Assembly (NCBI RefSeq): GCF_000260965.1
Contig: NC_017856.1
Location: forward strand, 150,001-182,000
Source: Methylophaga frappieri
GTDB lineage: Bacteria; Pseudomonadota; Gammaproteobacteria; Nitrosococcales; Methylophagaceae
Reading direction: 5' to 3'
DNA: 32,000 bases
The notes below the pieces were generated by a model. The model searched no databases. It worked only from the letters and a program-made list of their open reading frames with translations, and had not been told where the DNA came from. Each line of letters starts with the position of its first letter. The first letter of the stretch is position 1. Both the position numbers and the translations under genes were made by a program. Below, piece after piece: positions 26,264 through 32,000 of this stretch.

Positions 26264-26690
26264 AAATCTCTCGTGCCCGTTTGCAAAATGCCTCGACCAG
26301 TGAACCTGATATTTGCGTAAATACCGGCCCAAGTGCTAAATCAAGTAATCGCGTAGAAAACTCAAAATCCATATCCAACTGAACGCGGCAACCACTATCT
26401 GCGCCAATCGGTGAAAACTGCCAAAACCCTTCAAGGTGTCGAAATGGACCATCAATCAATTCAATTCGGATAGCCTCGCCGGCGGTCAACACATTGCGCG
26501 TAGAAAATTCATGGTGAATCCCGCCTTTTGCAATGTCTAACGCAGCGCAAATAATCTGGTCGTTTTGACTGATAATGCGGCTGTCACGACACCAAGGTAA
26601 AAAGGCCGGATAAGCTTCAACATCATTTACCAAATCAAACATCTGTTGCGGCGTGAATTTCACCAAAGCACTGCGGGTAATGGTAGTCAT
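26256..26690 (-). CDS. ratA: SRPBCC-fold RatA/YfjG (Coq10-like) protein
   Basis: ATG 26690 gives MTTITRSALVKFTPQQMFDLVNDVEAYPAFLPWC...DGPF..LEG.W.F.P......V.L...FEF...L, colinear with E. coli RatA. The upstream 90 codons of the ORF track overlap the NSS gene and are rejected. Confidence 0.88.
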   Translation of the reverse strand: MTTITRSALVKFTPQQMFDLVNDVEAYPAFLPWCRDSRIISQNDQIICAALDIAKGGIHHEFSTRNVLTAGEAIRIELIDGPFRHLEGFWQFSPIGADSGCRVQLDMDFEFSTRLLDLALGPVFTQISGSLVEAFCKRAREIYG

Positions 26691-26716
26691 TGATTCTGCT
26701 GTCAGCTTTTCTATTT

Positions 26717-28084
26717 TTAAAACAATAAACCGGTAAGATTGGCGAAAACGAGCAAAATCGCTGCCGGGGCAATATACCGAACCAGAAACCGCCATCCGTG
26801 GTAGATAAATGCTGGCCAGAGTGCCAGCTCCGCTTCTGAACTTGACCGCCGCATCACCCAACCAGCAAACACAGCAATTAACAAGCCTCCTAAAGGCAAC
26901 ATGATATTGGCTGTCAGGTAATCCAGCAACTCGAATGCAGTTCGCCCAGCAATCGTCCACTCGCTGCCAATATTAAATGAGAAGACGGTTAACACCCCCA
27001 GCATCCAAACCAATACGCCCACCCAAATGCAGGCATTGAGTCGCTTGATGTCAAAATTTTCAACTAACCAAGTAACGACCGGTTCCACCAGTGCAATCGC
27101 GCTGCTCAAGGCAGCAAAGACCAGCAATATAAAGAACAAGCCGCCAAACAACACGCCATGATCCATATGACCAAATGCAATGGGTAAGGTCTCGAAAATC
27201 AGGCTGGGTCCAGCACCAGGTGACAAGCCATTAGCAAAAACCAGCGGAAAAATCGCCAAACCGGCAACGATGGCGACAATAGTATCCATGGCCGATATGG
27301 CTAATGTCATGCGAAAAATAGAGGTTTTTTGCGGCAGATAAGAGCCATAAACCATAATCGCGCCCATACCGAGGCTAAGCGTAAAAAAGGCATGCCCCAT
27401 TGCTGTCAGAACACCGGCAGGCGTTAGCTTTGAAAAATCTGCCGTAAATAAAAAATTAACCGCATCCTGAAACGCATTGCCCTGCTGATAGGCATACCAG
27501 ACCAATATCAGCAAAATTAAAAATAAGGCTGGCATCATGAATCGTACTGATTTTTCCAGTCCGCGCTGCACCCCTCGACTGACAATAATCATGGTCAGGA
27601 CCATGAAAATGGTATGCCACGCTAATAATTTTTCGGGTTGATTAATCAGATCGACGTAAATACTTCGTGCACCATCTGCAGTGACGCCTTCAAACATATT
27701 GCCCAATACCCGAAACACATAAGCCAATGCCTGCCCGGCAATCACGCTGTAATAAGACAGAATGATAAATCCGGTCAGCACACCCATTGCCCCCAGATAC
27801 TTCCACAATGGGCTACGCTCGTCTTCTTCAGCGAGGCTTTCTATACTGTTAAACGGATTTTGCCGACCACGACGCCCTATCAGGATCTCAGCCATCATCA
27901 CCGGTACCCCAATCAGCAAAATGCAGCCAAGATAAACCAATACAAAGGCACCACCGCCATACTCACCGGTGATGTATGGAAATTTCCAGATATTTCCCAG
28001 ACCAACCGCCGCACCCGTCGCGGCAAGTATAAAGGCCCAGCGAGAAGTCCACTCTCCATGCATGGATCGAACAGGTCTGTTCAT
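26717..28084 (-). CDS. Sodium-dependent transporter, neurotransmitter:sodium symporter (NSS/SNF) family
   Basis: 455 aa with about 11-12 TM segments. N-terminal signature W.SRWAFILAATGAAVGLGNIWKFPY is typical of the NSS family. Confidence 0.88.
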   Translation of the reverse strand: MNRPVRSMHGEWTSRWAFILAATGAAVGLGNIWKFPYITGEYGGGAFVLVYLGCILLIGVPVMMAEILIGRRGRQNPFNSIESLAEEDERSPLWKYLGAMGVLTGFIILSYYSVIAGQALAYVFRVLGNMFEGVTADGARSIYVDLINQPEKLLAWHTIFMVLTMIIVSRGVQRGLEKSVRFMMPALFLILLILVWYAYQQGNAFQDAVNFLFTADFSKLTPAGVLTAMGHAFFTLSLGMGAIMVYGSYLPQKTSIFRMTLAISAMDTIVAIVAGLAIFPLVFANGLSPGAGPSLIFETLPIAFGHMDHGVLFGGLFFILLVFAALSSAIALVEPVVTWLVENFDIKRLNACIWVGVLVWMLGVLTVFSFNIGSEWTIAGRTAFELLDYLTANIMLPLGGLLIAVFAGWVMRRSSSEAELALWPAFIYHGWRFLVRYIAPAAILLVFANLTGLLF

Positions 28085-28176
28085 TGCACATCCTGAATAT
28101 CAAAATTTACCCGATTTTGGGCGAATTTCACTAAATCCTCAAGCCAAGCTGGTCAAGGCTGCGTTATAATCTGACT

Positions 28177-28656
28177 ATGGCAGCGAAAAAAAAACCACAA
28201 CACGACGACAATACCATCGCCCAAAACCGCAAGGCGAGGCACGAATTTTTTATTGAAGAGAAATTCGAGGCCGGGCTGGTTTTAGAAGGCTGGGAAGTAA
28301 AAAGCCTGCGTGAAGGAAAATGTCAGCTCAGTGACAGTTATGTTTTGTTACGCGATGGCGAAGCCTGGCTATCCAATGCGCTGGTTACCGCGCTTAAAAC
28401 GGCTTCAACACACATTGTGCCCCGCCCGCAGCGAGACCGAAAGCTCCTTTTGAAAAAGCCCGAGCTCAATAAACTCATCGGCGCTGTGGAGCGAAAAGGC
28501 TATACCCTCATTCCCCTCAGCATGTACTGGAAACGCGGTAATGCCAAACTGCAAGTCGCTCTCGCCAAAGGCAAACAAAGTCATGATAAACGGGCAACCA
28601 TAAAAGAACGCGATTGGCAGCGAGATAAAGCCCGATTATTTAAACAACTCAACTAA
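28177..28656 (+). CDS. smpB: SsrA-binding protein SmpB
   Basis: 159 aa. [31 protein letters not shown] and a basic C-terminal tail. Immediately upstream of ssrA. Confidence 0.95.
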   Translation: MAAKKKPQHDDNTIAQNRKARHEFFIEEKFEAGLVLEGWEVKSLREGKCQLSDSYVLLRDGEAWLSNALVTALKTASTHIVPRPQRDRKLLLKKPELNKLIGAVERKGYTLIPLSMYWKRGNAKLQVALAKGKQSHDKRATIKERDWQRDKARLFKQLN

Positions 28657-28663
28657 ATACTGG

Positions 28664-28692
28664 TTGAAAAATCACGAACGCGTTACCATATT
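28664..28692 (+). promoter_or_regulatory. Putative sigma-70 promoter of ssrA
   Basis: TTGAAA (28664-28669), a 17-nt spacer, then CATATT (28687-28692). The -10 ends 12 nt before the mature tmRNA 5' end, consistent with a short RNase P-processed leader. Confidence 0.45.
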
Positions 28693-28704
28693 ACCTGTTA
28701 CTTC

Positions 28705-29062
28705 GGGGGCGACCTGGCTTCGACGTGGGTTACAAATCCTGAGGTGCATGCCGAGTATGTGGTTCTTCTCGTAAAACAGACTACAACTAAACTAGTTGCA
28801 AACGATAACAACTACGCTCTAGCGGCTTAATCCCCGCTAGCCCCTGACTGATACCGTGCTCATGCGCTCAGGTTTCAGGGGTCGACTCACATGAGATCGT
28901 CTTGACGTATGCTTGGTGCGAAGAGACTAAAACCTTACAAGATCGCCGTTTGTCTTCCCTGTTTGTCGGGTAGCAACCGGTTAAATTAATAGACAAAATA
29001 AGCATGTAGATCCAATGGACGAGAGTTCGCGGACGCGGGTTCGATTCCCGCCGCCTCCACCA
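28705..29062 (+). ncRNA. ssrA: tmRNA (SsrA), one-piece, 358 nt
   Basis: The 5' GGGGGCG pairs with 3' CGCCUCC (G3-U wobble) before ACCA. A tRNA-like 3' end is present (GGACGCGGGTTCGATTCCCGCCGCCTCCACCA). The conserved GGCTTCGACG...GTGCATGCCGAG block is present. The tag reading frame 28798-28830, GCA AAC GAT AAC AAC TAC GCT CTA GCG GCT TAA, encodes ANDNNYALAA. Confidence 0.95.
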
Positions 29063-29070
29063 ATCGAATT

Positions 29071-29095
29071 AGCCACCCCGTCGGGTGGCTTTTTT
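29071..29095 (+). terminator. Rho-independent terminator of ssrA
   Basis: Stem AGCCACCC (29071-29078) / GGGTGGCT (29083-29090), loop CGTC, followed by TTTTT. Confidence 0.85.
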
Positions 29096-29166
29096 ATTTC
29101 AAATTGATAGTCATCACGTTTGGATAATTCACTTGTCTGTTGTCAGCTGAAAATATCTAGATCAGC

Positions 29167-29706
29167 TTAAGGCTGGTTATATTTGTCACGAATTTGCTGG
29201 GCGTAAGCACATGCTTCCTTTCTGCTTTTTTCGACGGCATTGCTGGCTGTTCGGCCAGCCTTCAGTGTCAACATCGCGCATGCTTGTTTTGCTTCCAGTA
29301 TTTCTGACTCGGTCTCACTCAATCTGTCTATGGAAGCGATAACCGGTGTGTAAGAAACCGCCGCATGGCAATACATATTTTTATGTAACAGAAAATAGCG
29401 ATCCCGCCGATTTGGTAGTTGCAGGTGATTACAAGTCGCCTGAAAGAATTGTTTTGCTGCAATGGTGCAGTCAGAATAGCTGTTAATGAGCTGTGATTTT
29501 TTCTGCTGGCAAACCGAATCGTGGTTGATAAGCCATCGTTGATATTGGTAATCGATTTGCTGTGATTGATACGCAACCACCTTGGCCTCGACCATCAATC
29601 CCAGTGAGTCAAACAGATGATCTTGCACAGGCTGGGTCAGCGTATTTAAAAAAGCAGCGAAAATTAGTGCAATTGAATCCACGTCATCAACTCCATTTGG
29701 CGACAC
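29167..29706 (-). CDS. Hypothetical protein (Cys-containing; weak DUF1311/LprI-like QRW..H..VC motif)
   Basis: 179-codon ORF whose track start is GTG. An alternative GTG 8 codons in has GGAG 8 nt upstream, and the first ATG is at codon 38. It has seven Cys, and YQYQRWLINHDSVCQQ loosely resembles the QraW..yRd..C motif of DUF1311. There is no convincing signal peptide and I recognise no family with confidence. Confidence 0.4.
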   Translation of the reverse strand: MSPNGVDDVDSIALIFAAFLNTLTQPVQDHLFDSLGLMVEAKVVAYQSQQIDYQYQRWLINHDSVCQQKKSQLINSYSDCTIAAKQFFQATCNHLQLPNRRDRYFLLHKNMYCHAAVSYTPVIASIDRLSETESEILEAKQACAMLTLKAGRTASNAVEKSRKEACAYAQQIRDKYNQP

Positions 29707-29797
29707 TGGCTTCAGATTCTAACGGCAAAGCGATTTTTCGAAAATAAAATTCTCTTTTGCTTTGACCGTCTGAAACAATCACATTGAGCTGAATGGC

Positions 29798-30055
29798 TTA
29801 GGTTTCAACCAGATTCAGCAATAAGTTTTCTGCTTGTTGAAGGGCCAGATCATAATCAAACATCGCGCCCTGACTCATTAAGTCATCTAGCGGTTTTTTT
29901 ACGGCTTGTTTATCTACCGTTTTTTGATGCAGCATGACAAGGTACGCATATTGGCCGGCAATTTCCTCTGGCCCATGCTGCGCTGTGCCGCCATTATCAA
30001 TTATTTGCACCACTTGTTCGATTGAATCGGCTTGTTTCAATGCGGTTGAAATCAT
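29798..30055 (-). CDS. Hypothetical small acidic protein
   Basis: 85-codon ORF with an ATG preceded by GGGGGAAG 8 nt upstream. Predicted helical. No recognisable motif. Confidence 0.4.
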   Translation of the reverse strand: MISTALKQADSIEQVVQIIDNGGTAQHGPEEIAGQYAYLVMLHQKTVDKQAVKKPLDDLMSQGAMFDYDLALQQAENLLLNLVET

Positions 30056-30175
30056 ACGTGGCTTCCCCCTCAGTTGATACGGATTCTTTAGGTGATATCT
30101 CAGCTGTCATCTAGAAAGAGTTGGGGGCGCTGCGGTATTTTCAACCCCGTTGGTTAAAAACGGACCGCCATTAGT

Positions 30176-30799
30176 ATGGCTAACACGGTAAGATGGCATG
30201 GCCAAATAACAGGAAAATCCGTGCAAAAAATCAGCCGCTTTATCAAATGCTTGATGTATTCAAGGCATATGCTTTGGGGCGTTGCTTTCGCTTCTTTTCT
30301 GGAGTCTTTGATTGTCCCGATTCCATTGGAAGCCATTCTACTGCCATTAATGCAAGCGAGACGTGACCGACTCTGGTTAATCAGTTTAATGGCTTTGTTT
30401 GGCTGCCTGCTGGGTGCCATGACGGGCTATCTTGTCGGGTATTATTTATTTGGTCTGGTCGGCGATTATGTGATTGGCTTGTTGTCATCTCCAGCGCAAT
30501 TTCTCACCGTTAGCAACGCCATGCACGATCAGGGTTTCTGGTTTGTATTCAGCGTTGGTGTGACCCCTATTCCGTTTCAAATTGCTATGCTCGCTGCTGG
30601 CGTCACCGGGTTCAGTTTCACGCTCTATTTACTGGCGACTTTGTTAGCGCGTGGTATTCGATATTTTGGCCTGGGCCTATTAGTGTGGTTATTTGGCAAT
30701 CGCGCCCAGCGCCTGTTTGAGCGGAATAAACTCAAAGCATCTATCACGCTATTGGCGCTGATTGCAGGTATTTGGCTTACTGTTTATTTATTAAGATAA
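30176..30799 (+). CDS. YqaA/DedA-like (VTT/SNARE-associated domain) inner membrane protein
   Basis: The hydrophobic core WGVAFASFLESLIVPIPLEAILLPLM......L...MALFGCLLGAMTGYLVGYY resembles YqaA-family proteins. The real start may be an internal ATG (30254), because the first 26 codons are basic and non-conserved-looking. Confidence 0.6.
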   Translation: MANTVRWHGQITGKSVQKISRFIKCLMYSRHMLWGVAFASFLESLIVPIPLEAILLPLMQARRDRLWLISLMALFGCLLGAMTGYLVGYYLFGLVGDYVIGLLSSPAQFLTVSNAMHDQGFWFVFSVGVTPIPFQIAMLAAGVTGFSFTLYLLATLLARGIRYFGLGLLVWLFGNRAQRLFERNKLKASITLLALIAGIWLTVYLLR

Positions 30800-30803
30800 C
30801 ACT

Positions 30804-31334
30804 TTAACCTTCTGATTTATTTGACAATATGGATTGCGATAATTGCCAGTCAGGACGAATATAGTGGCAGGTATAGCCCATCGGGTAATGGACAAGATAA
30901 TCCTGGTGCTCTGGTTCCGCTTCCCAAAAATCGCCAGCGGGTGATAGTTCAGTCACCACTGGGCCTGGCCATAATCCAGATTGATTCACTGCGGCAATCA
31001 CATATTGGGCATCGGCCGCTTGCTCGGCATTCAAATAGAAAATCGCTGAACGGTAACTCTGCCCCCTATCATTCCCCTGCTGATTTAACGTTGTCGGGTC
31101 ATGAATTTGGAAAAAAAAGGCCAATAATTGCCGGTAACTAAGCAAGTCGGGATCAAAGATAATTTCAATCGCCTCGGCGTGGGTACCATGGTTTCGGTAG
31201 GTCGCATTGGCAACGTCACCACCACTGTAACCCACTCGAGAGTCAATCACACCGGGCAATTTTCGAATCAGGTCTTGCATTCCCCAAAAGCAACCACCGG
31301 CCAATATGGCACGCTCTGTTTTTTGCATAATCAT
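30804..31334 (-). CDS. msrA: Peptide methionine (S)-S-oxide reductase MsrA
   Basis: 176 aa. Active-site [12 protein letters not shown], then VGYSGG....ATY....[12 protein letters not shown] and SAIFY, the canonical MsrA blocks. AAGGAG lies upstream. Confidence 0.93.
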   Translation of the reverse strand: MIMQKTERAILAGGCFWGMQDLIRKLPGVIDSRVGYSGGDVANATYRNHGTHAEAIEIIFDPDLLSYRQLLAFFFQIHDPTTLNQQGNDRGQSYRSAIFYLNAEQAADAQYVIAAVNQSGLWPGPVVTELSPAGDFWEAEPEHQDYLVHYPMGYTCHYIRPDWQLSQSILSNKSEG

Positions 31335-31409
31335 TGTTCTCCTTGCTAACGCTATTTATCGGTTTAGTTTTAACAGACAAACCATCATGATCAAAATTAC
31401 AGCTTGCTC

Positions 31410-31435
31410 AAAAAAACCAGCCACCAAAAGGTGGC
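31410..31435 (-). terminator. Terminator-like hairpin on the minus strand upstream of msrA
   Basis: Stem GCCACC (31420-31425) / GGTGGC (31430-31435) with loop AAAA. On the minus strand it is followed by TGG and then seven T. It is unclear which transcript it ends: the AraC-type gene stop is about 360 nt upstream. Confidence 0.4.
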
Positions 31436-31796
31436 AGGGCCTAAGAGGAAAATCGGCGGCCAGTCAAAGTTATTGGCATTAGTGCCGAAATCACCGATCG
31501 TAAACGGACCGAACCGGTTGGACTCTGGGTTGGCAACCAGCATTGCGAATCGCATCACAGAAAAATTGCACAACGCACCAAACGGCGAACTACATCATTT
31601 CCGGATGACTACATCCGATGCCGCCGACGATGAAAAACTTATCTTTGTGATACAGGATGCACGACAGGACCTGACGCCAACTAGTCTTATTTTTACTTTT
31701 TAAACATAATTTTATTACATACTATTAAAGTAAATAGTTATATTTAAACGCCGTGACTGTCATGGCAGATGCGGATGAGTTCGGCCTGCTGGCGTA

Positions 31797-32000
31797 TTAA
31801 TGACGATTTTTATTAACGAGTTCTGAAGGCGTGATGTGAAACTGTTTTTTAAAGGCATTAATGAAGTTGGATGCGTGATTATATCCGGCAATATAAGCAG
31901 CTTCGCCAATGGTTTTTTTATCAATGAGCAGGGCCTTTTTTGCCATCTCCAATCGGCGCTGCCGACAATAATGATTGACTGTCATCCCATAAGCCGCCTT
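31797..32000 (-). CDS. AraC/XylS-family transcriptional regulator, C-terminal HTH part; gene continues beyond the right edge
   Basis: The C-terminal peptide ...IGEAAYIAGYNHASNFINAFKKQFHITPSELV is the second HTH of the AraC family (ia...GF.s.s.F...FKk.fg.tP). The reading frame stays open to position 32000. Confidence 0.8.
   Translation of the reverse strand, partial: KAAYGMTVNHYCRQRRLEMAKKALLIDKKTIGEAAYIAGYNHASNFINAFKKQFHITPSELVNKNRH

Noticed and set aside
26691-26960. 90-codon N-terminal extension of the ratA ORF, and the similar extensions of apbC (5976..6026), pilA (16672..16695) and rnfH (26264..26332).
   Set aside because: The extensions overlap the preceding gene or lack an SD. The family N-termini align with the internal ATGs chosen in the feature list.
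31404-31703. 99-codon plus-strand ORF as a real gene.
   Set aside because: It has a TTG start inside an A-tract and hairpin, no SD, and no in-frame ATG until 32 codons before the stop. Its basic low-complexity N-terminus matches no family. It is kept only as part of the unassigned-gap finding.
29063-32000. Genomic island integrated at ssrA.
   Set aside because: There is no integrase or recombinase gene. I could find no direct repeat of the ssrA 3' end by eye, and msrA and the yqaA-like gene are ordinary core-type genes. Only the two orphan ORFs remain noteworthy, and they are listed as a finding.
1-32000. CRISPR arrays, tandem repeats, IS elements or inverted-repeat-flanked mobile elements, tRNA and rRNA genes.
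   Set aside because: Reading through all intergenic regions showed only isolated terminator hairpins. There was no periodic repeat-spacer structure, no transposase-like ORF and no tRNA cloverleaf other than the tRNA-like domain of the tmRNA. A computational repeat search was not possible, so short dispersed repeats could have been missed.

Overview
Densely packed chromosomal segment of a Gram-negative, most likely gammaproteobacterial, genome, judged from a Pseudomonas-type Dcd, RimK, and ratA-rnfH/smpB-ssrA synteny. I can support about 32 protein genes and one tmRNA. Nearly everything from 1 to 24 kb is on the minus strand, with many 1-8 nt start/stop overlaps. Left to right: HIT protein (partial), aminopeptidase N, a small YqfO/NIF3-like protein, a WD40 lipoprotein, dCTP deaminase and ApbC/Mrp. 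Next come a C-N hydrolase, a GNAT and a SnoaL-like protein. These are followed by a complete arginine-to-spermidine cluster using the carboxy(nor)spermidine route (speA, CANSDH, nspC, speB). Then a RimK module: a DUF785 retropepsin-like protease, RimK and an AstE/AspA-family zinc deacylase. Then a type IV pilin with a sigma-54 promoter, beside a PglL/TfpO-like O-antigen-ligase-family protein and a TPR/2OG-oxygenase fusion, followed by a YdjM-like membrane hydrolase. The most unusual locus is 21281..24016, a tightly coupled operon of four genes: a rhodanese, a Sec-exported 250-aa protein carrying a CGCPITHDGH motif, a DUF692 (MbnB-like MNIO) enzyme and its DUF2063 partner. It lacks the small precursor-peptide gene and the DoxX gene that normally accompany this enzyme pair. 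Diverging from it is an orphan Opp/Dpp-type permease translationally coupled to a DUF455 di-iron protein. The right end holds rnfH-ratA, an NSS transporter, smpB-ssrA, two orphan ORFs after ssrA, a YqaA/DedA-like protein, MsrA and a partial AraC-type regulator. I saw no CRISPR array, IS element, integrase, rRNA or tRNA. All family assignments come from reading the translations and recalling motifs; no database search was possible.
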